A stretch of 64,000 bases of DNA from an uncultured Spirochaetota bacterium (GCA_963820525.1 CAWGAA010000001.1:1792001-1856000), one strand, 5' to 3'. Counted from the first letter of the stretch, positions 26,832-37,420 are shown. Notes: generated by a model not told the origin, from the sequence alone. Made by a program: numbers and translations.

Positions 26832-28367
26832 CTACTTGAGCGCCGCGCCGAAGGCATCCATCTGCTTCTGGATCTCCTCAAGGACCTTCTGCGAGTTTGC
26901 GGTGGCGAGCTTGTCCTTCAGCTCCGCGATGGCCTTGTCGACATCTGCCACCATCCCGATCTGGATGGGCTGGGCATACTGCTGCCAGACCTGAGTGACG
27001 TTGGCAAGCTCGGTCTTCACGTTGTCCGGCACGAAGGAGAAGGCGGCGTACGGCGTCACGAAGAGCATCTTCTTCAGGCCGCCCTTCAGCGCCACGTAGG
27101 CGGGAGGCCAGGATGCCATGGGCTTGAAGATGTCCTTGTTCGTGAACCAGAACCCCGAGGCGTCGGGCGGGTAGGAGTTCTTGTCCGCCGTGACCCCTTC
27201 CGGCAGGTCGATCTTGTCGTTCTTGACCACGTAGTTCTTGCCCTCGACGCCGAAGTACACGAGGTAATCGTAGGAGGGCTCCTCCATGATGAGGTCCATG
27301 GCCGCGAGGGTCCTCTCGGCGTTCTTGGACGTGGCCGCGAGCGCCCAGCCATTGTTGATGTACGGATCCGCAATGTAGGTTCCCGTTGAAGAGAGGGCGG
27401 GGATGATCTCCACGTCGTAGCCCTGCTCCTGGCCCTTGGCGATGGTTCCCTGGCTGTCCTGGGAGTTGCCGAAGGCGACGGCGGATTTGCCCTGCTCGAA
27501 GGCTTCCTTGCTTCGCACCTTGTTGGCGAACGGGTTCTTGTTGATGTAGCCCTTGTCGTACCATGCCTTGACGAACTTCGCCGCTTTCGCGAAAGCGACG
27601 CCGTAGTCGCCGTCCAGCTCTGTGGTGACCTTGGGATTGACTAGTTGCTCATAGTTCCAGATGTACGGAATCGCGCCTCCGGCCACCCAGAACAGGGGAG
27701 TGGCGCTCTGGTTTCTATAGTTGCTGAAAACGAATCCCAGGTCATATCCGCTTTCGATGTTGATGGGGATCATGCCCGGCTCGTTCTTCTGCACAGCCGC
27801 GAGGTAAGGCTCCAGCTCGCTCATCTTGGTGACGGCGGGGACCCCGTATTTCTTCCTGAGATCTCCGCGGATGAGGAAGATCGGAACCTTGCGGTCCGGG
27901 GTCGAGGTGGGGACCATGTAGATCTTCCCATTGACATTGGCCTGCTGCCATCCCTGCTTGGGTATCAGGGGGTAATGGCGCGGCATGTACTTGGCCAGCA
28001 TCGCCGGCGTAAGCTCCGCGAATGCTCCCCGCACCGCCTGCTGGGCGTACATGCACCAGTTGGCCGTGTAGATCCAGTCGATGTTCTCCCCGGCGGCAAG
28101 CACCAGGGGATATTTCGCCTGGAAGTCGGCCCAGTTGAGGTAGCTGATCTCCATGGTGGCGTTGAGATCCGCCTTGAGCTTCTTGTTCAGCTCAGTCATG
28201 ACATCCGGCATTCCGGCGGGGGGTGCGCCGAGGAGATAGCCGTAAAGCTTGACCTCCTTCAGCTTCGCTGCGGCGGCTCCCTCTTTGGTGCCCGCCCCAA
28301 ACGCGGTGAAGCCCGCGATGGCCATGATGGCCAGCACGAGCCCGAGGACACGAACGGTTCTTCTCAT
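26832..28367 (-). CDS. Carbohydrate ABC transporter solute-binding protein (LplA/DUF3502-like)
   Basis: Signal peptide; GKIYMVP, YFGVEGKNY, C-terminal KVLEEIQKQMDAF. Confidence 0.9.
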   Translation of the reverse strand: MRRTVRVLGLVLAIMAIAGFTAFGAGTKEGAAAAKLKEVKLYGYLLGAPPAGMPDVMTELNKKLKADLNATMEISYLNWADFQAKYPLVLAAGENIDWIYTANWCMYAQQAVRGAFAELTPAMLAKYMPRHYPLIPKQGWQQANVNGKIYMVPTSTPDRKVPIFLIRGDLRKKYGVPAVTKMSELEPYLAAVQKNEPGMIPINIESGYDLGFVFSNYRNQSATPLFWVAGGAIPYIWNYEQLVNPKVTTELDGDYGVAFAKAAKFVKAWYDKGYINKNPFANKVRSKEAFEQGKSAVAFGNSQDSQGTIAKGQEQGYDVEIIPALSSTGTYIADPYINNGWALAATSKNAERTLAAMDLIMEEPSYDYLVYFGVEGKNYVVKNDKIDLPEGVTADKNSYPPDASGFWFTNKDIFKPMASWPPAYVALKGGLKKMLFVTPYAAFSFVPDNVKTELANVTQVWQQYAQPIQIGMVADVDKAIAELKDKLATANSQKVLEEIQKQMDAFGAALK

Positions 28368-28438
28368 GACAAGACCTCCTTATGATATGAGTCGTGAAAC
28401 CCGGCGGATGGCCGGGCAAATGCCGAAATGAATGCTCC

Positions 28439-29323
28439 TCATCCCTTGATGGCTCCCATGGTGATGCCCTTCACGAAGTAGCGCTGGACAAAGGGATAGA
28501 CGAGGACGATGGGACCCGTGGCCGCCACCGTCATGGCCAGCTTCAGGGATTCGTTGGGCATGCTGCTCAAGGGGAGATTGTTCACGAAGTTGGCCGCGAA
28601 GTTGATGCTGGAAAGGATTTCGTAGAGCGTATATTGCAGGGGCCACATCGATTCGCGCGGAACGAACATCATCGGGCTCCACCAGTCGTTCCAATAGCCC
28701 AGCGCCGTGAGAAGCCCGATTGATGCCAGGGCAGGGGTCGAAATCGGAAGAACGATACGTATATACATGGAGAAATCGTTCGCTCCATCTATCTTCGCGG
28801 ATTCGAAGAGGCTCGCCGGGATGGAATTCGCTATGAAGTTGCGCAGGATCAGGATGTTGATCACGCTGAACATCGGCACCAGGATGAGAACGGTGAACGT
28901 ATTCTGCAGGTGCAGGCCCTTGGTGATGAGAAGGTAGTACGGTACCAGCCCTCCGTTGAACAGCGTGGTGAAGTAGAGGAAGAAGGCGAGGACGTTTCTG
29001 TACCGCAGCTCCTTTCTCGAGATCACGAACGCCGCCATGGCGGAGAAGAAGAGGGAAAGGCATGTTCCTACCGTCGTGATGAAAATCGTGATGGCGTAGG
29101 TCCTGAGCATCTTCTGGGGATTCTCGAAGATCATCTTGTAAGCGCCCAGGGAGAACTCCCTCGGGACGAAGGCATAGCCCCAGTTGATGATGGCGTGCTC
29201 CGAAGAGAAGGAGTTGATGGTCAGGATGGCAAAAGGGAACAGGGCGAAGAGCGCAAAAAACCCGACAAAAAGATACGCGATCACGTTGAGCTGGATCACG
29301 TCGGAGCTTTTTCGAAACGCCAT
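28439..29323 (-). CDS. Carbohydrate ABC transporter permease
   Basis: TM helices, FNGGLVPYY, ESAKIDGA EAA loop, YPFVQRYFVKGITMGAIKG. Confidence 0.95.
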   Translation of the reverse strand: MAFRKSSDVIQLNVIAYLFVGFFALFALFPFAILTINSFSSEHAIINWGYAFVPREFSLGAYKMIFENPQKMLRTYAITIFITTVGTCLSLFFSAMAAFVISRKELRYRNVLAFFLYFTTLFNGGLVPYYLLITKGLHLQNTFTVLILVPMFSVINILILRNFIANSIPASLFESAKIDGANDFSMYIRIVLPISTPALASIGLLTALGYWNDWWSPMMFVPRESMWPLQYTLYEILSSINFAANFVNNLPLSSMPNESLKLAMTVAATGPIVLVYPFVQRYFVKGITMGAIKG

Positions 29324-29338
29324 GCCTGCCCGCCCCCC

Positions 29339-30268
29339 TTAGAAAAGCGCCGATTCCTTTTCGTAGCGGCGGACGAGCCCGTTGACCAGCAAGATGATGA
29401 AGAAGCACAGCACGGACTGGTAGAGCCCCGCCGCAGAGGCCATGCCGAAGTCCTGGCTTCCGATAAGAGACCTGAATACCAGCGTATCGATGATATCGGT
29501 GGCGCCGAGCAGCGTCCCGTTTCTGCCGATAAGCTGATAGAACATGTCGAATTCGCCCCGCATGATCCTGCCGACCCCCAGCAGGGCGAGGATGAATATC
29601 GTGGGCCTCAGGAGGGGAAGGGTGATCCGCGTGATGCGCTGGAAGGCGCTCGCTCCGTCTATGGTAGCCGCCTCGTAGCACTCCTGGTCGATTCCGGAGA
29701 GCGCGGCGAGGTAGAGCACGCTGCCGAACCCCACCCACTTCCAGATATAGAGGACGGGCAGCAGCAAATACCAGTTGGCGGGATTGCCGTAGATATCGAT
29801 GGCTTGGCCGCCCAAGGATTTAATGATGGCGTTGATGAGGCCGTACTCGTAGTTGAAAAGGTTGTAGAGGAAGGCGTTCACCGTTACCCAGGAGATGAAG
29901 TAGGGAAGAAACAGGAGGGTCTGGGACACCTGTTTAAAGCGCTTGCCGGCGGCCTCGAAAATAAGGATGGCCGTCAGGATGGAAAAGACGTTGTAGCAGA
30001 CAATGAACACCACGTTGTACATGAAGGTGTTCCGCGTGACCACGAGGGCCTTGCCGGAAAGGATGAAGTACCTGAAATTCGTAAAGCCTATCCAGGGGCT
30101 CCTGTAGATGCCGTCCCGGTAATTGAACTCCTTGAAAGCGACAATGATCCCCGCCATCGGGATATAGGCCAGGAGGATGAAGTATGCGGCGACCGGCACG
30201 AACATCAGGTAGAGGAGCTTGTTCTTCGCGAACTCATGAAGGAAAGAGGATTTCCCCAGCGGCGGCAC
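29339..30268 (-). CDS. Carbohydrate ABC transporter permease (LplB-like)
   Basis: SPWIGFTNF, LPYFISWV, YEAATIDGA, AAGLYQS; GTG start after AAGGAG. Confidence 0.95.
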   Translation of the reverse strand: MPPLGKSSFLHEFAKNKLLYLMFVPVAAYFILLAYIPMAGIIVAFKEFNYRDGIYRSPWIGFTNFRYFILSGKALVVTRNTFMYNVVFIVCYNVFSILTAILIFEAAGKRFKQVSQTLLFLPYFISWVTVNAFLYNLFNYEYGLINAIIKSLGGQAIDIYGNPANWYLLLPVLYIWKWVGFGSVLYLAALSGIDQECYEAATIDGASAFQRITRITLPLLRPTIFILALLGVGRIMRGEFDMFYQLIGRNGTLLGATDIIDTLVFRSLIGSQDFGMASAAGLYQSVLCFFIILLVNGLVRRYEKESALF

Positions 30269-30323
30269 CTAGCCTGCTCCTTTCACGATATCAGGAGGGA
30301 ATTGAGAGCCTTTTTCGGCTTTT

Positions 30324-30352
30324 ATCGTAGCCGCGCATCTGGGAGCGGTAAA
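30324..30352 (-). promoter_or_regulatory. Sigma70-like promoter for the ABC/GH35 operon
   Basis: TTTACC-17bp-TACGAT on minus strand. Confidence 0.45.
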
Positions 30353-30364
30353 CAGGAAAATCCG

Positions 30365-32176
30365 TTAATCGTGGGGACTTTTCTGCACCGCGGGCGCCGC
30401 CCTCAAGCGGATCGTCACGCGGGGCCCCTCATCCGGCGCGCTCCAGTAGGAAAGCCCGTAGGAATCTCCATAGTACAGCTTGAAGCGCTCATGGATGTTT
30501 CGAACGCCGAATCCGGCGCGCCGTGCCAGGGCTGGATCGAGGACGGATGCCAGTCGCTCGCGGTCCATCCCCACCCCATCGTCCTGGACGGCGAGGGTGA
30601 TGTCTCCGTCCGCTTCCCCGCCCGAGATGAGGATCCGGCCGTGTTTTTCCGGCTTCTCTATGATCCCGTGGATGATGGAGTTCTCCACGAGCGGCTGCAG
30701 CGTCACCTTGAGGATCCCGAAGTCGAGAATCCGCGGGTCCACGTCGATGGCAAGCTCGATCGCGCCGCGGAAGCGCATCCCCTGGATGCGCGCGTAGAGC
30801 TCGACGTGGAGGAGCTCGTCGCGAATGGGGATCGTCTCCCTGCCCTCGCTCAGGGAAAGGCGGTAGAAAGTTGCCAGGGAGTTTAAGAGCTCCTCGATCT
30901 CGTCCGCCATTCCCTTTCGCGACATCCACTTTATCATGTCGAGGGTGTTGTAGAGGAAATGGGGATTGATCTGGGCCTGCAGGGCCTTCAGTTCTGCCCC
31001 CTTGAGCTCCCTTTGCGTGCGCTCCTCCTGCGCCATCAGGGAGGCGATCTCGTCCATCATCAGGTTGTAGGTGACCGCCAGCTCTCCCACCTCGTCCTTG
31101 CCCACGGGAAGGGAAAGCTTCTCCAGGCTGCCCTTCTTGGCCCCCTCCATCTTGCCGATGATCCCGGAGAGCCTTCGCGTCACGGATGTGGAGACGAAGA
31201 AGGCCAAAAGGTACGCGGCGGTGGCGATGGCGAGGATCACGATGAAGATCTGGTTCCTGATGCGCCCGCTCTCCGCCACGATGCCGGCAATAGGAATGAC
31301 CGTGGTCATGCGCCAGTCCGTGCCTTCCAGCACCCGGTCCTTGACCAGGGCCACCTCCGCCTTCGTCTTCACCCGGCGCAGAGGCCCCTCCTGGGGCGGA
31401 GATCCTTCCACCACGGAGACGACGGCCGCGTACCGGCTGAACAGCGCGGCGTCGGACACCGCGACGATGTCTCCCACCCCGTTTGAAACATAGGTGAAGC
31501 TGTCGCTCACCGCGCTGGATTTGCGAAGGACGTCGACCACCTGGGACTTCTTGAAATCTATCCTGAGCACCCCGATTTTGTTTTTCAGGTCCTCGAGGTC
31601 CGCGATGAAGCGGGCTAGAGACAGAACGTCGGAGCCGCCCTCCCCGTCGCCGGACAGGTATTCGGCGGGACACCAGGCGTACGTGTTGCCGCTGCCCACG
31701 AGGTAGCGGTACCACCGGGACTTCGCGGCGGCCTTCATTCCGAAGAGGTTGACATGCTCCTCAGCGTAGAAAAGCTCGTCCCTCACGTAGAGCCTGATCC
31801 GTTCCACGTTCACCCCGTCCTGGAAAGAGAAGAACAGGTTGGTGAGCTTTGTCATGTCCACGCGCTGGCCCAGAAGGTCATAGGTGCGGATGTCCTTCAA
31901 CAGGATCGAGTTCACCAGGGGATCCACCAGGAGCACGTAGGAAACCTTGCGCACGTTGTACAGTTTGTACTCGAGGAAGGAAGCCGCCTGCCCGAAGGCC
32001 TGGTCCGCGGAATAGGCGATCCGCTCCTCGATGATTCCCGAGATCCTGTTGGAAATGAAAATCGCCAGTATTACGAAGGGGATCACGATGATGGCGAGGT
32101 ACGATATGAGGAGCTTCTGCCTGAGTTTCAGGTCGAAGCGGAACCAGCGCACGAGGGGCCACAGCGAAGGCTTCAC
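30365..32176 (-). CDS. Sensor histidine kinase (YesM/LytS family)
   Basis: 2 TM, HAMP, ALQAQINPHFLYNTL, LQPLVENSIIHG, DDGVG, GFGVRNI. Confidence 0.95.
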   Translation of the reverse strand: MKPSLWPLVRWFRFDLKLRQKLLISYLAIIVIPFVILAIFISNRISGIIEERIAYSADQAFGQAASFLEYKLYNVRKVSYVLLVDPLVNSILLKDIRTYDLLGQRVDMTKLTNLFFSFQDGVNVERIRLYVRDELFYAEEHVNLFGMKAAAKSRWYRYLVGSGNTYAWCPAEYLSGDGEGGSDVLSLARFIADLEDLKNKIGVLRIDFKKSQVVDVLRKSSAVSDSFTYVSNGVGDIVAVSDAALFSRYAAVVSVVEGSPPQEGPLRRVKTKAEVALVKDRVLEGTDWRMTTVIPIAGIVAESGRIRNQIFIVILAIATAAYLLAFFVSTSVTRRLSGIIGKMEGAKKGSLEKLSLPVGKDEVGELAVTYNLMMDEIASLMAQEERTQRELKGAELKALQAQINPHFLYNTLDMIKWMSRKGMADEIEELLNSLATFYRLSLSEGRETIPIRDELLHVELYARIQGMRFRGAIELAIDVDPRILDFGILKVTLQPLVENSIIHGIIEKPEKHGRILISGGEADGDITLAVQDDGVGMDRERLASVLDPALARRAGFGVRNIHERFKLYYGDSYGLSYWSAPDEGPRVTIRLRAAPAVQKSPHD

Positions 32177-33760
32177 GACAGGATCCGCTCTCGGAACTCG
32201 GATGGCGAGGCGCCCACAAGCTTGCGGAACGCCCGTGCAAAGTAATTCGCGTCGGCGAACCCCGAGCGCGCCGCCACCTCGCTCATCTTGGGAAGGTTCT
32301 TATCGGCAAGAAGCTCCTTGGCGCGCTCCAGCCTGTATTCGATCATGTGTCTGTGGATCGTCTGCCCTGTCGCTTCCCGGAAAAGCCGGCACACGTATGC
32401 CGTGGAAAGCTTCACCTCCGCCGCGATCCTCTGAATCGAGAGCCCCGGCGACTGGTAGTTTCTGTGGATGAAGTGCTTGACCTCGACGACGACCCTCCCT
32501 TCATCGCGTCTTTCCAGGAGCCGGGCAAAGACGAGCTTCAGGCGCGCCTCCAGAAGGGAGACGACCTCGGCGAGGGTTCCCCGGCGCTCGATGGCCTCGG
32601 AAAGGGCGCGCGCCGATTCGCCGCGCTCGAAGGGATCTATTCCCCTGCGCTCGGCGTAGGAGATCAGCCGGAGCATGAAGCCGGCGAGGAAATCCCGGGC
32701 CCTGCCCGCTTGGCGGGAGCCGGATTGGCGCATTCCCGCGGCCAGGGATTCCAGAATCGATGCGGCCGTCCCGGCGTCCTCCCGATCCAGGCTGGCCTGG
32801 AACGCGTCGAGAGACCGCTCGTCGAGCGGGAGATCGGCGGCGCCTGCCGACGCATGAAAGACGATGCTCCCGGCGCCGATGAAGAAGGCAGCGTCGAGCG
32901 CGGAAGAAGCCCCCTCATGGGAAGCGAGCGCGTTTTGAGCGCCGGAAACCGCGCCGCCGACTCCGGCAAGGAGCTCTATTTCCGGCAGGGAGCGAAACAG
33001 CCGGGTGAGCGAACCCTCGATCTCCCGCTCCGCCGGCAGGCGCCGCCGATCCGGGCCGGGTAAAAGAATGACCACGGCCAGGCTGTCACCTTTGAACGCC
33101 GCCAGGAAGCGGATCGAGGACGCATCCGCCGTCCGCTCCACGGCCCCCTGAAACCGATCCCGGAAGGCCGAGTCCGCGGGAAACGCGCCGGCGGCGGGCC
33201 GGACCAGAACGACGACGAGCTGCGTATCCGCGCCGATGGCAAGTCCGGAAGCCTCGATCATGGAGTTGATCCTGTTGAAATCGGGATCGGGGTCCGTCAA
33301 CGCGAGCGCGATCTCGGCCCGAAGCAGGGGGATGCCCGTCTGGGATAGGGCGTGGAGCTCCGTTTCTCTGCGCGCCGTGTCGGCCGCCGCGCGGCAGGCG
33401 GCGACCGCCGCCTTGAGGACACTCGCGAAGCTCGCTGGAGCGGAACGGCTTTTCGATATACCTCATCGCCTTGAGCTCGATCGCGGCCTTCAGGTACTCC
33501 TTGTCCGCGTAGCCGCTCATGAAGATGATCTGGCAGTCGGGAATGAGCTTTCGAAGCTCGAATGACATCGCCACGCCGTCCATGCGGGGCATCCTGACGT
33601 CCGCGAGCACGATATCCGGCCTGAAGGACCGGGCGAGCTCGAGGGCGTTGACCCCATCGTCCGCCTCTTCAATTTCATCAATGCCGACGCCGGCAAAATC
33701 GATCTCTTCGATGACTCCCTTTCGCGTGTAGTATTCGTCTTCGACGATGAGGAGCTTCAT
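32173..33760 (-). CDS. AraC-type response regulator (YesN-like), split by a +1 frameshift near 33421-33428
   Basis: Receiver MKLLIVEDE...DVRMPRMDG...YIEKPF in one frame, AraC HTH (GFADANYFARAFRK) in another; removing 1 nt in CTTCGCGAGTGTC joins them. Confidence 0.88.
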
Positions 33761-33770
33761 TGGAATGCCA

Positions 33771-33799
33771 ATGATAGAGCCGGTGCATGCCGATGTAAA
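33771..33799 (-). promoter_or_regulatory. Sigma70-like promoter of the TCS operon
   Basis: TTTACA-17bp-TATCAT, 10 nt before ATG 33760. Confidence 0.55.
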
Positions 33800-33863
33800 G
33801 CCCGAGGCGTGCGCGATCGCTCCAAGGCGCTGCCGCGCCAAACCGCGAAACAGTCGAAAAAAC

Positions 33864-33892
33864 TTGACAAGGCTCTTTCAGAGGTTTACACT
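33864..33892 (+). promoter_or_regulatory. Sigma70 promoter of the lacI-ABC-yicI operon
   Basis: TTGACA-17bp-TACACT. Confidence 0.8.
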
Positions 33893-33896
33893 GGCG

Positions 33897-33949
33897 TCGA
33901 AACGCTTCGACGAAGCGTTTCGACGAAGCGTTTCGACTAAGCGCTTCAA
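33897..33949. promoter_or_regulatory. Four tandem 13-bp LacI-type operator palindromes
   Basis: CGAAACGCTTCGA CGAAGCGTTTCGA CGAAGCGTTTCGA CTAAGCGCTTCAA, each with a central CG and AAnCGnTT core, directly after the -10 box. Confidence 0.8.
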
Positions 33950-33983
33950 TTGAATTCTAAAGGTGGCGTACCACAGGTGATCA

Positions 33984-35057
33984 ATGGCGACGATGCATGA
34001 TGTGGCAAAACATGCCGGTGTATCGGTGAGCACGGTTTCCTACGCTCTCAATGGGACGCGGCCAATCTCTCAGAAGACAAAGGATCTGATCCACGCTGCG
34101 ATGGAGCAATTGGGGTATCGCCCCCATGCGCTTGCACGGGGACTTGCCAGCAGGCGCAGCAGGATCATCGCGCTCCATTTCTCCACCTCGGAGCGCGGCA
34201 TCGGAGAGACGGAGCTCGAGTTCGTCACCAGCGCGGCGAAAGCAGCTTTGAAACGGGGCTACCACCTGGTGCTGTGGACATCGGAAATGGAAGACCCCGA
34301 CCGGCTGCGAGAGCTCACCCGCCAGGGGCTGGTGGACGGGATGGTCCTCATGGAGGTCCGCCAGGACGACGGGCGCATCGGCGTCCTGCGTGAAATGAGC
34401 ATGCCTTTCAGCATGATCGGCAGGTGCGCCGACACTACCGGGATCAGCTTCGCCGACGTCGATTTCGACCAGACAACCCGTGATGCCGTCTCCTACCTCT
34501 TCGAGCTCGGCCACTCCCGAATTGCGTTCCTCAACCAGTCGCTGCAGGTCTTCAACGAGGGATACGGACCGGCGGTCCGCGCCTACCAGGGCTTCATGCG
34601 GGCCACCGCAGAAAAGGGAATAGAAGGCATCGCACGGTTTTGCCATTCCTCTCCGCGTGACGGCTATGAGACCTTCACCGAGCTCATCGCGGCCCGACCC
34701 GGCCTCTCCGCCATCATCGCGATGAACGACAGGGCGGTGCCGGGGGTCTTGCAAGCCATCGCGGATCGGGGATGCCGCGTGCCCGAGGATTTCTCCCTGG
34801 TGTCCATTGTCTCCTCGGCCCGCGCGGCGGAGCTCTTTGTGCCCCCCCTCACGACGATGGAGGCCCAAGCCTCGGCCCTCGGGAGGATGGCCGTGACATG
34901 CCTCATCGATCAGCTGGAGGGCGGATCCAAGGAGATGCCACAGGCGCTTCTTCCCTGCGGCTTGGTGGTGCGCGGAAGCACGGGGCCGTGCCGCAAGGTC
35001 TCTTCGATCCCGCCGCGGCCCATCGACGAGCCCGCCTTCGGTTCCGCCGTGAAATGA
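33984..35057 (+). CDS. LacI family transcriptional regulator
   Basis: TMHDVAKHAGVSVSTVSYALNG HTH, LGYRPHALARGLA hinge, VPEDFSLV, PPLTT. Confidence 0.96.
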   Translation: MATMHDVAKHAGVSVSTVSYALNGTRPISQKTKDLIHAAMEQLGYRPHALARGLASRRSRIIALHFSTSERGIGETELEFVTSAAKAALKRGYHLVLWTSEMEDPDRLRELTRQGLVDGMVLMEVRQDDGRIGVLREMSMPFSMIGRCADTTGISFADVDFDQTTRDAVSYLFELGHSRIAFLNQSLQVFNEGYGPAVRAYQGFMRATAEKGIEGIARFCHSSPRDGYETFTELIAARPGLSAIIAMNDRAVPGVLQAIADRGCRVPEDFSLVSIVSSARAAELFVPPLTTMEAQASALGRMAVTCLIDQLEGGSKEMPQALLPCGLVVRGSTGPCRKVSSIPPRPIDEPAFGSAVK

Positions 35058-35144
35058 GCGGGGCGCGGACGGCTGGAATGTTTCGGGATTCCTCCGCTCG
35101 GCGAGCGGATTTGACATATCTCAAGAGCGAGAAAGGAGAGAGTA

Positions 35145-36419
35145 ATGTCGTCTAAATTCTTCAAGGTATTTGCGGTTGCCATTACCGTGGCGCTGGCCTT
35201 CTCCCTGGTGGCCTGCGGTAAGGCGGGCCCCAAAGTCCTCAAGATCTGGCACTACGAGTCTGCCAATGGCGCCATGGGCGCCTCGTGGGCGGAGGCCATG
35301 AAGCAGTTCGAGGCTTCCCACCCCGGCGTGAAGGTGGCCTTCGAGCAGAAGGGCTTCGAGCAGATCCGCCAGACGGCCAGCATGATCCTCAACTCGGCGG
35401 ACGCCCCGGACGTCATGGAGTACAACAAGGGCAACGCCACGGCAGGCCTCCTGTCAAAGCAGGGACTGCTTGCCGATCTCACCGATTACGCGCAGAAGCG
35501 CGGGTGGGACAAGCTCCTGGGACCGAGCCTTGCCAGCGTCTGCCAGTACGACGCCAATGGCATCATGGGCTCGGGCAAGTGGTACGGCGTCACCAACTAC
35601 GGCGAATACGTGATGGTCTATTACAACAAGGACATGTTCGACAAGCAGGGGGTGCAGGTCCCCACCACCCTCGCCGAGTTCGAAAACGTGTTGGCCAAGT
35701 TCGCCAAGGCGAAGATCACACCCCTGGCGGTGTCCGGAGCCGAATACCCGGCCCAGCAGATCTTCTATGAGCTCGTCCTCTCCAAGGCCAACCGCTCATT
35801 CATCAACGCGTACCAGCTCTACCAGGGCGAGGTTGACTTCCACGGGCCCGAGTTCACCTTCGGCGCGGACAAGATGGTCGAGTGGATGAAGAAGGGCTAC
35901 ATCAGCAAGGACGCCGTTTCGATGAAGGCCGAGGACATGGGCCTGGCATTCGAAGGCGGCAAGAACCCCATGATGATCTCGGGAAGCTGGTGGTACGGCA
36001 GGCTCATGAACGAGATCAAGAACTTCCAGTGGGGAATCTTCCTCTTCCCCGGGAACAATTACGCGCCGGGCTCCGGCGGCAACATCTGGGTGATTCCGTC
36101 CAACTCGAAGAGCAAGGACCTGGCGGCCGACTTCATCGACATCACGCTGAAGAAGGACATCCAGAACCTCCTGGGCAACGCAGGCGGAATTCCCGTGGCG
36201 GCGGATCCCGCGCAGATCACGGATCCCAAGGTCAAGGACCTGATCTCGAGCTTCAACACCCTGGTGCAGAACGACGGGCTGGCCTTCTATCCCGACTGGC
36301 CGGTGCCGGGCTATTACCAGGTCCTCGTCTCCAGCGTCCAAGACCTGATGGGCGGGACCAAGCCCCCGGCGAAAGTCCTGGACGATCTGGCCAAGGCGTA
36401 CAAGGAGCGCGGCCAGTAG
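35145..36419 (+). CDS. Sugar ABC transporter substrate-binding lipoprotein
   Basis: Lipobox LVAC; VYYNKDMF, VPTTLAEF, SBP_bac_1-like features. Confidence 0.93.
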   Translation: MSSKFFKVFAVAITVALAFSLVACGKAGPKVLKIWHYESANGAMGASWAEAMKQFEASHPGVKVAFEQKGFEQIRQTASMILNSADAPDVMEYNKGNATAGLLSKQGLLADLTDYAQKRGWDKLLGPSLASVCQYDANGIMGSGKWYGVTNYGEYVMVYYNKDMFDKQGVQVPTTLAEFENVLAKFAKAKITPLAVSGAEYPAQQIFYELVLSKANRSFINAYQLYQGEVDFHGPEFTFGADKMVEWMKKGYISKDAVSMKAEDMGLAFEGGKNPMMISGSWWYGRLMNEIKNFQWGIFLFPGNNYAPGSGGNIWVIPSNSKSKDLAADFIDITLKKDIQNLLGNAGGIPVAADPAQITDPKVKDLISSFNTLVQNDGLAFYPDWPVPGYYQVLVSSVQDLMGGTKPPAKVLDDLAKAYKERGQ

Positions 36420-36458
36420 GCGAATCGGCTTTGAGCCGGATCTCGATTCTGAAAAAGG

Positions 36459-36490
36459 GGCGGTGCCATCCCTTCGGGGAGGGCACCGCC
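36459..36490 (+). terminator. Intercistronic stem-loop after the binding-protein gene
   Basis: GGCGGTGCC-a-TCCC-TTCG-GGGA-g-GGCACCGCC with cUUCGg tetraloop. Confidence 0.65.
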
Positions 36491-36513
36491 TTCAATTGGA
36501 GAGGGACCCCTTC

Positions 36514-37419
36514 ATGAGACAATCACGCCCGGCATGGAGCCGCGGTTTCGGCCTGTTCCTCATCCCGGGAGCCGTCACGCTCCTGGTAATAATCATCCTT
36601 CCCCTGGCGGCGAACATCGGCATCAGCTTCACACGGTGGACCGGAGTCGGAATGCCCCGCTGGATCGGGCTTGAAAACTTCAAGAGGGCCTTCGGCGACG
36701 GGGTATTCTGGGCATCGTTTCGAAACAACCTCGCCATGATCGGCGCCGTGACCGTGGTCCCGACCATCGTCGGGCTCCTCCTCGCCGTGTTCCTCTTCGA
36801 TTACGTCGCCCGCCAGTTCGGCAAGGGGGCCGTCACATTCTTCCGCGCCGGATACTACCTGCCCCAGATCCTCCCCGTGGCCATTGCGGGGGTGGTATGG
36901 GGCTGGATCCTGGACCCCAACTATGGGGCGCTCAACATCATCCTCAAGCAGCTCCAGCTCACCCGGGAGACCCTGAACCTCCTGGGGGATCCGTCCACAG
37001 CCCTGCTCACCGTCATGGGGATCATGATCTGGTTCCAGATCGGCTACCCGCTGGTCATCTTCATGGCGGCCCTCCAGCGTATCGATCCCCAGATCCTGGA
37101 GGCGGCTTCGATGGACGGCGCCTCCTGGTTCCAGCGCTTCACGATCATCACGGCCATCATCAGCCCCGAGATCGGCGTGGTGGTCCTCACCACGACGATC
37201 TACGCGCTGAAGCTCTTCGCCCAGATCTATGTCCTCACCAGGGGCGGGCCGGGATCGGCCACAATGGTTCCCTCCTATTTCGCCTACCAGAACTTCTTCG
37301 AGAAATCCAATGTGGGCTACGGGGCCCTCATCTCCACGATTATGACGGTCATCATCGTGATCCTCACCGCCGTCTTCATCAACATCCAGTCCCGGCGGCC
37401 GACCGTGGAGGAGTTCTAG
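36514..37419 (+). CDS. Sugar ABC transporter permease
   Basis: WIGLENF, EAASMDGA, TRGGPG; ATG 36514 after GAGGG. Confidence 0.95.
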   Translation: MRQSRPAWSRGFGLFLIPGAVTLLVIIILPLAANIGISFTRWTGVGMPRWIGLENFKRAFGDGVFWASFRNNLAMIGAVTVVPTIVGLLLAVFLFDYVARQFGKGAVTFFRAGYYLPQILPVAIAGVVWGWILDPNYGALNIILKQLQLTRETLNLLGDPSTALLTVMGIMIWFQIGYPLVIFMAALQRIDPQILEAASMDGASWFQRFTIITAIISPEIGVVVLTTTIYALKLFAQIYVLTRGGPGSATMVPSYFAYQNFFEKSNVGYGALISTIMTVIIVILTAVFINIQSRRPTVEEF

Positions 37420-37420
37420 C

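Noticed and set aside
28910..30886. 658-aa plus-strand ORF and many similar long antisense ORFs across the GC-rich parts
   Set aside because: Shadow frames of well-supported genes on the opposite strand, expected at high GC3; no motifs or RBS
33897..33949. Mini-CRISPR or REP element
   Set aside because: 13-bp abutting units without spacers; position and CG-centred symmetry fit LacI operators
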